Shown here: positions 38,110-47,712 of the stretch, piece by piece
Position numbering within the stretch: position 1 is the first letter of the stretch
Layout of the letters: every line of letters begins with the position of its first letter
Notes under the pieces: generated by a model
What the model was told of the DNA's origin: nothing
Seen by the model: the letters and a program-made list of their open reading frames with translations, nothing else
The model's database searches: none
Made by a program: the position numbers and the translations under genes
DNA from: an uncultured Methanosarcinales archaeon
GTDB lineage: Archaea; Nanobdellota; Nanobdellia; Woesearchaeales; UBA12501
NCBI GenBank assembly: GCA_964343705.1
Contig: CAYFJX010000005.1
Location: 66,791 to 130,790 of the forward strand
Length of the DNA: 64,000 nucleotides
Reading direction: 5' to 3'

Positions 38110-38610
38110 CTATCGTTCATATAGTATCCTTCCTTTTTCTTTAATCTCTTTTGTTATTTTATCTGGCAATACGTTATACACTTGTACATCAATTGTATCA
38201 GATGCCTTTGCTGCTATGCTCACTCTAAAGTCAAAAGCATCTTCTTTTGTTATTTCATCAAACTCAACAGCAATATCAATATCTGATCTGAATGTACGTG
38301 TGTTGTCAATAGTAGAACCATATAGGGTAATTCTTTTTATTTTCTTTCTCAAGCGATGATTCAGGATGATTTCTTTTGCATTTTCTATAAGCTCTTTGAC
38401 TTTCCCTCCTTTCTTGAGTTTAAAATCAAAGTCATGTCTTGTTATTTCCTGCATGAATTGAAACTTTGGCCGTATATCTCGTGATAGTCTATTTTTTTCT
38501 GATTGGGTGAGTGGAATACCCCAGCGTTGTTTTTCAATAATCTTGAGCTCCCGCTGCCCAAATATTTTGCGTGTATTCGTATTCTGTTTCAAAAAGTGGA
38601 TGAGGTTCAT
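38110..38610 (-). CDS. minimal nucleotidyltransferase (MNT/KNTase fold, Pol-beta superfamily)
   Basis: 'TLYGSTIDNTRTFRSDIDIAVEF' (GS...D.D nucleotidyltransferase motif). Confidence 0.6.
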   Translation of the reverse strand: MNLIHFLKQNTNTRKIFGQRELKIIEKQRWGIPLTQSEKNRLSRDIRPKFQFMQEITRHDFDFKLKKGGKVKELIENAKEIILNHRLRKKIKRITLYGSTIDNTRTFRSDIDIAVEFDEITKEDAFDFRVSIAAKASDTIDVQVYNVLPDKITKEIKEKGRILYER

Positions 38611-38720
38611 ATTGAATAACCTTTATTGTGGTTATAATAACCTTTATTTAGGTTATATTTAAATGTTTCGATTTTTTTTCATAGGGTTTTTTATACTATT
38701 TCTTTTTTTATTCTTCTATT

Positions 38721-39878
38721 ATGGCTGAGAAAATTTTGTTAGAACCTCTAAGATCACTTATTGAAGAAGCACATGGGGATATTCATAAAAATCACTTTAC
38801 ACAACCATCTCCTGTCTTAGCAACTCCAAGTCAGATGTCTTTTTCTGATTATGTTATACACAGTCTTTTAGGGGGAATTCTTGGTATTTCAGACCTTAGA
38901 GTGCTTCAATCTCGTGGCAAGATAGATCAAGGCTTTCTTGCTTATGTATGCTCAGGTAAAGATAATGCCTTGCCTCCAAGTCCTTTGCGTGATACAGCAA
39001 TAAAACTTTTGATGTCACACACATCAAGGGAAGCAAAGCTTTTTCGTGGTAATAGTGCCTTTTCTTGGAGTGCACATGAGATTGGATTACAACAGAAACT
39101 TGCACAAGGTAAACTTTTTCCTCTTGAGGATGTACCGTACCTCTTACCCACAAAACATACTGGAGGGGACATAAGTACTGCAGGTGATACATGGTTTGCC
39201 ATGATTTTTGCATACCCCTTAGGTATTGATCTCTATGACTTTTTCAGGCTTTCTCAATTTGATAGTCAAGATGAAAAACTCGAAGTGGTATGTTCTAATT
39301 TGGGTGGTGCAGCAGGGAAACTTGCAAAGATTCATACTAAAGGAATTCATGGGGATGTAAAACCTGAGAACTTTGTTGTAATGCCTGAAGGAGGTGTTTT
39401 TGCCATTGACATTGGAACCTACGTCGAGTTAGGCAGCTTTAGTAGTCCTCTTGCAACAGCTAAGTACATGACGCCAGAGATGCTAATGAAAACAGAATGT
39501 GTTTATGGAGACCCTTCACGAGACATGTTTGCTTTTGGAACCATGCTGTATGAAAAATTGTTTGGTACTGCACCCTTTGTGAGAACACATTATGATGCTC
39601 TCAAAAAGCTTCCTGCAAGTAATGCTGTTATCTCACGTCCTCATTGTTTAAGCAAGCGTGTATACGCAAGTATGCTTGAGAATAAGGAGCCTGTCTTACC
39701 TGCAAGCCCTGAACTTGTTGATGCAACACTTGCATGTCTGGCACTGAATCCTTGTGATCGCCCCCGAGCAGATGAAATGCAAGCAGTGCTACAAAGAGAA
39801 GTAGGACGTTTTGACTTATCAGGATTTCTTCTTGGACATTTGCTTGACTATGGTGAGGTTCTTTACAGATCTACATAA
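38721..39878 (+). CDS. divergent eukaryotic-like protein kinase
   Basis: Catalytic loop 'IHGDVKPENFVV', 'IDIGTY' (DFG-like), 'KYMTPEML' (APE-like). No canonical Gly-rich loop. Confidence 0.55.
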   Translation: MAEKILLEPLRSLIEEAHGDIHKNHFTQPSPVLATPSQMSFSDYVIHSLLGGILGISDLRVLQSRGKIDQGFLAYVCSGKDNALPPSPLRDTAIKLLMSHTSREAKLFRGNSAFSWSAHEIGLQQKLAQGKLFPLEDVPYLLPTKHTGGDISTAGDTWFAMIFAYPLGIDLYDFFRLSQFDSQDEKLEVVCSNLGGAAGKLAKIHTKGIHGDVKPENFVVMPEGGVFAIDIGTYVELGSFSSPLATAKYMTPEMLMKTECVYGDPSRDMFAFGTMLYEKLFGTAPFVRTHYDALKKLPASNAVISRPHCLSKRVYASMLENKEPVLPASPELVDATLACLALNPCDRPRADEMQAVLQREVGRFDLSGFLLGHLLDYGEVLYRST

Positions 39879-40206
39879 TCTGCTTTCCATTCTCATCCTC
39901 AATATGGATGATCATCACTGGGCAGACTTGTGCAGCTTCCTTGTTCTTGGGCAGTTCTTCTTCAGAAATAGTGTCTTTTTTGAATTCAGCAAGTTCTCCT
40001 TTCATTTTCCAGTTTTCAGGACACGCACTTTCGCACGCTCCGCACCCAATACAGCCCTGATCTAGCTTTATCTTAAATACGCCCATTGTTTTTAAACAAC
40101 GTTTTTCATTTATAAACCTTCCTAAAGGCTTATAAGTAACCCGCAGTTTTTCCTTTATAAGAGGAGTTCTAGACACGATTAACATACCGCATATGCGAGG
40201 TAACAA
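39871..40206 (-). CDS. 4Fe-4S ferredoxin-domain protein
   Basis: 'CIGCGACESACP' (CxxCxxCxxxCP) plus a downstream 'CPV'. Confidence 0.6.
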   Translation of the reverse strand: MLPRICGMLIVSRTPLIKEKLRVTYKPLGRFINEKRCLKTMGVFKIKLDQGCIGCGACESACPENWKMKGELAEFKKDTISEEELPKNKEAAQVCPVMIIHIEDENGKQIM

Positions 40207-40208
40207 AC

Positions 40209-40556
40209 ATGAAAAAAGTATTAGCTATCTTAATACTGATCGCAGTTGTTGCTGGAATCCTTGTTAGTCAAGGAAACCAACTTGTTGAACCTGTTCACCA
40301 AGTAAAGCAAACTATATCAGTAGGAAAGAGTCCTGTACCTCAAGAAACAGACTTTGCAAGCATTCACTATGATTATGCTGGTGAAGTTATTGGTGTTTTA
40401 CCAATGAAGTACGGTAGCGTTGTGCAAGTCTCAAAATATGAGAACACTGCAAAGCGAGACGTATTTGAGTACAAGACTTCAGAAACCTTCCAAAAGGGAC
40501 AACCTGTAACAATCAGCCTGAATCTTCAGGATGAAGTTGTTGGTTTAACTGCTTAA
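40209..40556 (+). CDS. hypothetical secreted protein (115 aa)
   Basis: Signal peptide 'KKVLAILILIAVVAGILV'. Confidence 0.4.
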   Translation: MKKVLAILILIAVVAGILVSQGNQLVEPVHQVKQTISVGKSPVPQETDFASIHYDYAGEVIGVLPMKYGSVVQVSKYENTAKRDVFEYKTSETFQKGQPVTISLNLQDEVVGLTA

Positions 40557-40610
40557 GTGGAGAACAAGGTTTTGTTTTTTTCTTTTTTTCTTTTTATTTT
40601 TTTTAGAATT

Positions 40611-41252
40611 CTACTCGAAATGTTGAGGATATCGTTCTTGTACCTTATCTAATGTTGCATTCATGCAGTCTACATATTTTTTGTTGGCAGCTGGGATATC
40701 TGTTACTTCATTTAATCGGGCATCACAAGCATCAATACCATCAGCGCCAAGGTCAATAACATTACATCTCCATATAACTGTTCTTTCAATACCATTTGGT
40801 TGTACTTCAGCCATGTTAAATGTGAACACATCAGAATCTGAATTATACAGAAACGGGGCAACTGTTTCCCCCGGTAGAACCCCGTAAACATTTCCCTTGC
40901 CAACCAGTCTTGGATCGCCTAAGTTTGCAGCTTTAATTTGACTAAGTGCAGTGTCATCAAAATGAATAAAAATGCCACTTTCAGGTGCCCTTTTCCAGCC
41001 TTGTGCTTCTTTCCATCTGTTATCAAACGCAATTATTTTTTGTACCCTCTCTTCTGCAGGATCATAGCCAGGACAGTTTGTTGGTTGCTCTTTGAGAATT
41101 GTTAGATCATATACAGTACGTTTAAATATATCACCCTCAGTGAGAGAAAGTCTTTTCATAAACACAGTTTCCTTAACTGCAAAATAAAGCAATGTTGATG
41201 AGTGTAGATCAGCTGAGTCCATGCTATGTCTTATTGTCTTCCCTAACTTCAA
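40611..41252 (-). CDS. hypothetical protein (213 aa)
   Basis: ORF with complex composition. Part of a cluster of exported proteins. Confidence 0.45.
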   Translation of the reverse strand: MKLGKTIRHSMDSADLHSSTLLYFAVKETVFMKRLSLTEGDIFKRTVYDLTILKEQPTNCPGYDPAEERVQKIIAFDNRWKEAQGWKRAPESGIFIHFDDTALSQIKAANLGDPRLVGKGNVYGVLPGETVAPFLYNSDSDVFTFNMAEVQPNGIERTVIWRCNVIDLGADGIDACDARLNEVTDIPAANKKYVDCMNATLDKVQERYPQHFE

Positions 41253-41259
41253 TGCTTGT

Positions 41260-41460
41260 TCATATTCTGTGGCAAATTTCTGAAGGTTTTTTTCCCTTAA
41301 GTGAGGTATCTAAAGCATTGTAACGTGCCTCAATTCTTGCAGCTAGGTCGTCTGGTGTTCTAATAACTCTTTCTTCTGGTTTTCCTGTATCTTCTTGACT
41401 ACTTAGACATCCTTGTCCTGCTAAGAACAATGCAAGTACTATTCCTCTTAATCGTTTCAT
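41260..41460 (-). CDS. small putative lipoprotein (66 aa)
   Basis: Signal peptide 'RLRGIVLALFLAGQGC' with a lipobox-like Cys. Confidence 0.3.
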   Translation of the reverse strand: MKRLRGIVLALFLAGQGCLSSQEDTGKPEERVIRTPDDLAARIEARYNALDTSLKGKKPSEICHRI

Positions 41461-41502
41461 TCACTGCTTTTAGAAATTCCACTTTAAATGTTTTTATACT
41501 CT

Positions 41503-42285
41503 CTACTCAATAAACTCATCTAACAATGCATCATCTGCAAACTCATCAAAGCTTTGATCTCCTGGCCCAGGTGGTTCTGGAATTTCCAAGCCAAATCCTT
41601 CTGGTTTTGCATCTTCAATTTCAATACCGCGCAGTTTTGATTCTGCCTCGAGCGCTTTCTCAATTTCTGCTTGTCTCAAACTTGGCACTGCCTGCCACTT
41701 ATGCAAGATACCTGCACTGATACACTCGTATGGTGGCGCTGAAATATTTCGCCAGCTAAATAATCGCCAGCCTTGCCATTCTTTTTTATCAACACCTTTT
41801 TTCTTATCCATTATTTTCTCAGCCATGGTCCTTGCCTGCCAGCCATGACCTGCAATTGGTCGTTCGTACACAATGTCATAAATATTCTCATGCTTAATCA
41901 GTTTTTGCTCATCCATAAATATGTAACAATATCCTACTTTACGTAAGGCTCTAAACTTGCTGTGGTAATTCATAACCCACACTCTGCCTTCTTCAGTGTT
42001 TACTTTATAGATTGATCCAGTAAAACAGTCATTAAACAAGCAATCAGGGCAGCCATTATGTAAGCCACAGTTCTTTTCTTCCTTCTTGCCATTAATGGCG
42101 TAGTTTATCAAACGAATATCTTTGTTGCTAACAAAATTACCCTCAATGTCAATTTTACCAATGTTTTCAGTTGTTCGTAAGAATGAAAGCTCGCCAGTAA
42201 TGTGGTTGCCTTCTTGCGCTGGAAGCAGTGCAAACACTAATCCAATAAATCCAACAGCAAGCAAGAGTAATAATCGTTCACGCAT
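41503..42285 (-). CDS. hypothetical secreted protein (260 aa)
   Basis: Signal peptide 'LLLLLAVGFIGLVFALL'. Cys-containing and acidic C-terminus. Confidence 0.45.
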   Translation of the reverse strand: MRERLLLLLAVGFIGLVFALLPAQEGNHITGELSFLRTTENIGKIDIEGNFVSNKDIRLINYAINGKKEEKNCGLHNGCPDCLFNDCFTGSIYKVNTEEGRVWVMNYHSKFRALRKVGYCYIFMDEQKLIKHENIYDIVYERPIAGHGWQARTMAEKIMDKKKGVDKKEWQGWRLFSWRNISAPPYECISAGILHKWQAVPSLRQAEIEKALEAESKLRGIEIEDAKPEGFGLEIPEPPGPGDQSFDEFADDALLDEFIE

Positions 42286-42345
42286 ACATGATTTTGTGTG
42301 TTAAGCGTTTTTATAGTTTTAGTTTTTAAGGGTTAAAGGCTAAGG

Positions 42346-42500
42346 TTTTGTAGGTGGGCTAGGTTCAGCAAATTCTTAAAAATCAAAGAAGATTTTAATC
42401 ACACAGATTTAAAATTTATAATCCAGGCCGGAACCCGGCCTGGTTAAAACTGTGTAATATCAGATTGGTTTTTGAAACAGCCCAGACTGAAACTAATTTT
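42346..42500 (+). repeat. about 155-nt intergenic element, copy B of the 16402..16553 family (candidate structured ncRNA)
   Basis: Same orientation as copy A. Conserved flanks. Variant but still self-complementary internal hairpin. Oligo-T end. Confidence 0.5.
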
Positions 42501-42519
42501 GCCTTGCCTTTGTTAACTC

Positions 42520-42744
42520 TTAGTTTATCGCTCTCATAATAAACCAAAACACTGCCAATGCAGCAAGAACACCAATTAGTGGATAGAACAATCGCTTATC
42601 ATTTGCCCAGCCAAAAGGAATAGGTCCAATAAAGCCACCAAAAGCAATCTTGGTATTTTCGCTTGTACCTTGCATGAGTGATCCAATAATAACTATTGCA
42701 AACCCAAGAAGGATAAGTATCACACCAAGATTGACGATTTTCAT
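42520..42744 (-). CDS. small two-TM membrane protein (74 aa)
   Basis: Two hydrophobic helices. 'GGFIGPIPFGW'. Confidence 0.4.
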   Translation of the reverse strand: MKIVNLGVILILLGFAIVIIGSLMQGTSENTKIAFGGFIGPIPFGWANDKRLFYPLIGVLAALAVFWFIMRAIN

Positions 42745-42765
42745 GGTAAAAAAAGAAATAAAAAA

Positions 42766-42993
42766 TTAAATAATTCGTGCTGTGTTCATGTGGGGCCTAT
42801 TCTTATCTTGTTTTGCACCACCTTTTACCCATTCGAACTTAACAGCATCGCCTCGTTTGAAGGTTTTTGTTTTCCCTCTAGCAATAGCATGTTTTGCAAC
42901 ATTTCTGCCAACATGTGAAACTTTCACACCTCGACCTCTGTATTTAATTTTATTTGCACCGTCCCATCGTCCAGTCATTGCCATGTCATTCAC
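42766..42993 (-). CDS. small basic hypothetical protein (75 aa)
   Basis: Lys/Arg-rich. 'KFEWVKGG'. Possibly nucleic-acid binding. Confidence 0.35.
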   Translation of the reverse strand: MNDMAMTGRWDGANKIKYRGRGVKVSHVGRNVAKHAIARGKTKTFKRGDAVKFEWVKGGAKQDKNRPHMNTARII

Positions 42994-43062
42994 CTCAGTG
43001 TTTTCTTATTGTGTACTCGAAGTACAAAGAATTCTTGTTTACTCTTGTTTATTAATTTTCTG

Positions 43063-43254
43063 TTATGGGGGGCCTTGGATCTCTTGAAGACCATCAAACT
43101 CAGAACCACAATTATGACAAAAATTATCATCCTCATGTACGATCACACCACAATCACAACTGTGCTGGTCTTGTTCAGGATGTTCAGTACCACACTGCCT
43201 ACAAAAACTATCTCCTACTGTTCCAGTAAATTCACACTTAGTACAGTCTGTCAT
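43063..43254 (-). CDS. double zinc-ribbon protein
   Basis: 'CTKC...CRQCG' and 'CDCG...CHNCG': two C4 knuckle pairs. Confidence 0.45.
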   Translation of the reverse strand: MTDCTKCEFTGTVGDSFCRQCGTEHPEQDQHSCDCGVIVHEDDNFCHNCGSEFDGLQEIQGPP

Positions 43255-43558
43255 AGGGTAGATTGTGCTTCAAATGTTATTAAAGTTTTTGGTTTACTAT
43301 TTGTCTTGGACTATATGGTATATAAATGTAAACTTTATATATCGAAAAGTCTTTGTATTTTTTATGGAGGTATTCAATTTTTTATACAACATTTTTTTGT
43401 TATCTTTAGGTGGTAGTAGTTTAATTTTCTTTTTTCAGAAATTGTTTCTTTTTGCACTGATTTTTTTTACTCTCTTTGCTTTCTTGGAGTATATTAGATT
43501 GATAAAAGAGGCGAGAAATGAAAAGAAGCTTAGTGAGTTTACTGAATAAAGTGGATTT

Positions 43559-44218
43559 ATGATCGTCTCGAATATCGTGGGAATAGTATTATTTTTTGCA
43601 ATATTTTTTTCTTTGTTTACACTTTTACCTAGATTTATCATGACTTTTTTACATCAATTACTCAGTTTTGAGAAAAAGAATTTTTGGAAAAATCTATTTG
43701 CTATTTCAAAGACTCATCTTTTTTTAGGAATTCCTCTAACAATCATCTTGTATCAAGCTTCATCTTTTGGTAAAGGAATATTTATGAGTGAAGGTGTTAA
43801 AAATAATGTAGGTGTACTCTGTTTTATTACAGTTTTTGTATTGCTTTTGACTATAAGGTTATCTCTATTGTTGAAAAAAAGACCTTATGTTAAGAAGATG
43901 CCTTTTCTGAAAAAATTGGCAAGTTTCATACCTGACACTCCAAGCAAAGACAAGTTGAAACAAGGCTATGAATCTTATTTGTTCGGTGTATTTTTTACTG
44001 CTCTCTTCTTATCTGTTTTAATTTTATCATTTAAAATTTTATTCATCCCTTCTGATCAACTGATTAATTTTCCTGCAGTCCAAAAAAGCTCAGAGGAAGT
44101 TAGTACATTAATTGGTTCTTGGTTTATTAATTTATCCAAATACGGATTGGTTTTTTTATTTATCAATTTCTTGGCAGAAAGTGCATTATGGGTGTTTGGG
44201 GCATATTATGAATCATAG
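43559..44218 (+). CDS. hypothetical polytopic membrane protein in AT-rich segment
   Basis: Phe/Leu/Ile-rich ORF. Local GC is clearly below the window average. Confidence 0.3.
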   Translation: MIVSNIVGIVLFFAIFFSLFTLLPRFIMTFLHQLLSFEKKNFWKNLFAISKTHLFLGIPLTIILYQASSFGKGIFMSEGVKNNVGVLCFITVFVLLLTIRLSLLLKKRPYVKKMPFLKKLASFIPDTPSKDKLKQGYESYLFGVFFTALFLSVLILSFKILFIPSDQLINFPAVQKSSEEVSTLIGSWFINLSKYGLVFLFINFLAESALWVFGAYYES

Positions 44219-44276
44219 TTCCTATGGGAAACTTTATAAACCCTCTTTTCTTAGTGGTACTAAAAAGAGGTATGCA

Positions 44277-44672
44277 ATGAGACGTATTTTCACAGAAATG
44301 GTTGACAAGTTTATTCGACGTAGTGGTGGTAAGTACAAACAAGTTATTATTGTACGTTCTGATCTTAAACTACCTGCTGGTAAGCTTGCAGCTCAAGTTG
44401 CTCACGCAAGTGTAGGCGCTGTTATGGAGTCTGACAAAAAGGTAGTGAGCACCTGGCACAGAGAAGGTATGAAAAAAATTGTGGTCAAAGTCAAGAACAA
44501 AAGCCAACTGATGAAATACGCACAGCTAGCCCATAACGCAAACCTCATCACTTGTGTTGTCAAAGACGCAGGTCACACTGTAGTAGAACCTGGTACAGTT
44601 ACTTGCTGTGGCATTGGTCCTGATGTTGAAACTGACATTGACGCAGTAACAGGCAAGCTGCAGATATTGTGA
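44277..44672 (+). CDS. pth2: peptidyl-tRNA hydrolase, archaeal type (Pth2)
   Basis: 'KQVIIVRSDLKLPAGKLAAQVAHASV' and a C-terminal 'GPD' region. In-frame ATG at 44277 within the longer ORF 44112..44672. Confidence 0.8.
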   Translation: MRRIFTEMVDKFIRRSGGKYKQVIIVRSDLKLPAGKLAAQVAHASVGAVMESDKKVVSTWHREGMKKIVVKVKNKSQLMKYAQLAHNANLITCVVKDAGHTVVEPGTVTCCGIGPDVETDIDAVTGKLQIL

Positions 44673-44700
44673 GAAAATAAAAAAAGAAAAAAATATTGGA

Positions 44701-45754
44701 TCAAACAAAGAAGTAAGGCAGATCCTTCTCAGTGATTAAATGATGAAGAAAGCGTGTATTTGTACCTATTTTGGAAAGTGTACCCATGCCTTCTGTATGT
44801 TCATTGCCTGATTTGCTAGAACCACCAGTTTCCTGCAAGGAATAGTTAGGAATAAATACTGTTTCTATTCCTTCGCCATCTAACTGCAGATCCCTTTGTT
44901 TGAGAAGCCCTCCTAGACGGTGCGTAAAGCGTGTCATACCAGGATAGTGTGACGCAAAGTCACCCAGTGCAACAAGACTTATTCCTGTTTTGTGAGCATA
45001 GTCTCTTGCATCATCTTTTATGCTTCCTGCAATAAAAAGTTGTGCAATGCCATCTACTTGCTCAAGAAAGTCTTTCCTAATTGCTGGTCCTGTGGCAATA
45101 ACTGCTTTTTCATGTCCTTTTCCAGGAGTGTTGTTCATTATCTCAAAATCTTTTGCTGGAAGTTTTCGACGATATTTTTGAACAAACTTCAAGGCTACTT
45201 CTTCAGGCGTTGGTGATCTCATTGCAGGAATGCCATACCCATAGGTCATGCCAGTGAAGACACTAATGTTAGCACAAACAGCTCCTTTTGCTACAGTCAC
45301 TCCTTTATAAGTGAGATCTACCGGTTGGTGCTGTGCTTCTTCTACTGCAGTCATGCCTTTATAGGACTCACGAATGACTTTTCCTCCTCGAGCATCCATT
45401 TCAGGGGCGTATCTTCTGAATTCACCACTAAACACATGCGCAAAGGAATCAATTAATCCACCTTCCATTGTGTCCAGTGCAAGATGCAACCCGTATGCAC
45501 CTACTTCAAGATGCTTAACATTTCTCCTAACTTCCTTGCCACCGACCATGATGTATAATAAGGAAGTCATAATTATTTTTCCTTACTTCTTCCATGACAT
45601 GATCTGTGAGGTCAACACAAATACCAACTTTCTTAATGTCTCTTGTTGGTTTTTGGATCATACCAATCCTATCAAAGTCTAATTCCTCTGATTCTGGTAC
45701 TACTGTATGTAACACTTCTAATGTTTGTTCTAGTTTCATTTCAATCATCTCCAC
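44701..45754 (-). pseudogene. Nif3-family (DUF34/YbgI-like) gene interrupted by a +/-1 frameshift near 45527..45570
   Basis: N-terminal 75-aa ORF ends 'DFLIIHHGRWQGS*'. The overlapping ORF continues the family alignment ('NVKHLEVGAYGLHLALDTMEGG' ~ YbgI 'NLYGWHLPLDAH'; 'LVALGDFASHYPGM' ~ 'AAGHHATE'). Confidence 0.55.
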
Positions 45755-46117
45755 GTTTACAGCCCGCCGGCTATAGTAAAAGACAAATTATTTGGATGCC
45801 TTTTACTATTACGAACAGACAACAATTCCATTGTTATTGTCTGTGAGTATAGTTTATTCTTGGTTTGTTTTGAATTTTTTTTGAGAAGACAGCTAGCACT
45901 AGTCAAAACCCGTCTTCAAGACTGTTATAGAAACCTAGCTACCGCCAGAAACCATTGGAGATTTTGAATAAAGTTGTAACTAAGAAAATGATATTAATTT
46001 TGCCACACATACTGATATTTTTGTGTCATAGTAGTGAATAAAGTGACACTTATATTTAAACCTTTGGTGTAGTAAAATATAAATACTCCCTCATAACTCT
46101 TTGTTTTAGGTGAGCTT

Positions 46118-47014
46118 ATGAAACTTAACTGGGGACAATTTGATCTTGCATTGTATAATGGCGACTTTGATGATCGACCAGATGTATTGTCCTTCTATGA
46201 TAGGATTGTGATACGAGGAGTTGCAACGCAAGGTCATGGGATACGACCAAGTGGTATTGTCATTGACATTCCTCGTAACATTCCTGTGCCAGAGGGCCTT
46301 GAGCAATTTCTGGGAACTACACGGAAACCAAGACCTCGTAAGAAAAAAATTTCAAGTCCATTGTATCTTCCTAAACAATTGCGAAATGATCTTACTGGTC
46401 TCCAAAAACGACTTGGTCTTCCAAAATCAGATTTGGAACTGGCGGTTAAAGGAACACGCGCATTACAAAAACAGGTGGAACCCCATGTTATGCCTAGCGA
46501 AGATAAAAGTTTACACACAACCTATGCAGCGCTTTGCATGGCAGTGCGGATTCTTGAGGAGGGATTGTACAAAGACCGTCGCGTTGTTATTAATGGTTTT
46601 CATGCTGATCAAGGCGCTGATGTTCTATCACGGCAAGTTGTTCATGTTCTTCCGCATGTTAAAGTTGCCAAGCAAATTAAGCGATACATTGGACGTGACG
46701 GCTATCTCATCCGAAGAGGAAGGGGTAATGGATCAGTAGACAGGCTAAGTGCATTATATCTTGCAGTGCTTGGTCCAGTTATTGGTGGTGCATCAATTGT
46801 GCCAGAAGGAGTTGCAGAAACACTCAGCACATCATTTGACTATGCTGAACGTCTTATTGACTTGCAAAAAGTGCAACGTTTTGACAGTGGAGACTTACAC
46901 TGGGATATGACACGAATTTCTATTCTTAATCCTGCCTATGAACGAGCAGTTAAAATGCTTGGCATGTCAGACGAGTACAGGCAGGCAACAAGAAGCCAAC
47001 CTGATCAGGTCTAA
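46118..47014 (+). CDS. hypothetical protein (298 aa)
   Basis: Long ORF with complex composition and no known motif. Confidence 0.5.
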   Translation: MKLNWGQFDLALYNGDFDDRPDVLSFYDRIVIRGVATQGHGIRPSGIVIDIPRNIPVPEGLEQFLGTTRKPRPRKKKISSPLYLPKQLRNDLTGLQKRLGLPKSDLELAVKGTRALQKQVEPHVMPSEDKSLHTTYAALCMAVRILEEGLYKDRRVVINGFHADQGADVLSRQVVHVLPHVKVAKQIKRYIGRDGYLIRRGRGNGSVDRLSALYLAVLGPVIGGASIVPEGVAETLSTSFDYAERLIDLQKVQRFDSGDLHWDMTRISILNPAYERAVKMLGMSDEYRQATRSQPDQV

Positions 47015-47054
47015 AACCCCAAACTATAAAAACTTCAAACCCTAAATTCTACCT

Positions 47055-47708
47055 ATGTCTAACCAAGAAGACCTAGAAAATGTTGTAAAAAGGAAAATAG
47101 AGCCTAAACTCGAAGAAAGCCTCCATAAAATACTCGGAGTAAGTATTGGTGAAATCAGCAGAGACATAACAGGTAAACTTGGAAAAAACCCCCTGCTTGA
47201 CTTCCACATTGATACAAAGATGGGTTTTAAAAAAGCAAAAAAACTCTTTAAAGAAGCGTATCTCAAGAAACTCCTACTTATTCATTATGGTAATGTGTCT
47301 GAAGTTGCCCGTGTTGCTGATGTTGACAGAAGATCAGTGCATCGACTTGTCAAAAAAGCAAACATTAATGTAGGGAAAATCCGTACTGACATGGAGAAAG
47401 CATACGAAGTCAAGCAAACTGCTGTTAACTCAATTATTGAAGATGTGCTCCAACATTACAAAGGTGTGCTTCACCCAACAAAACTTGAAAAAGCCTACAA
47501 AAGTGTGTCTGGATTATCAAAAGAAATTGTTGATGCATTGCCTGATGAAACACTGACACTCAAAGAAGCAGAAGAAGTGTTTGAAAAAGAATTCATCCGG
47601 CGAGCACTGCGAGAAAACGAGCAGAACGTGACTGAAACAGCAAAGCAAATAGGCTTGCGATATGAAACACTCCACAGAAAATGCAAAAAACTAGCACTTA
47701 TAGCGTGA
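47055..47708 (+). CDS. DNA-binding protein with two Fis-type (HTH_8) helix-turn-helix motifs
   Basis: 'GNVSEVARVADVDRRSVHRLVKK' and 'NVTETAKQIGLRYETLHRKCKKL' resemble NtrC/Fis C-terminal HTH. Confidence 0.55.
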   Translation: MSNQEDLENVVKRKIEPKLEESLHKILGVSIGEISRDITGKLGKNPLLDFHIDTKMGFKKAKKLFKEAYLKKLLLIHYGNVSEVARVADVDRRSVHRLVKKANINVGKIRTDMEKAYEVKQTAVNSIIEDVLQHYKGVLHPTKLEKAYKSVSGLSKEIVDALPDETLTLKEAEEVFEKEFIRRALRENEQNVTETAKQIGLRYETLHRKCKKLALIA

Positions 47709-47712
47709 TACC

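Noticed and set aside
16402-42500. The two same-orientation 155-nt repeats as attL/attR of a 26-kb integrated island
   Set aside because: The copies are only about 75-80% identical. The bracketed region contains core genes (S6e, enolase, trpS). An ncRNA or dispersed-repeat interpretation is more consistent.
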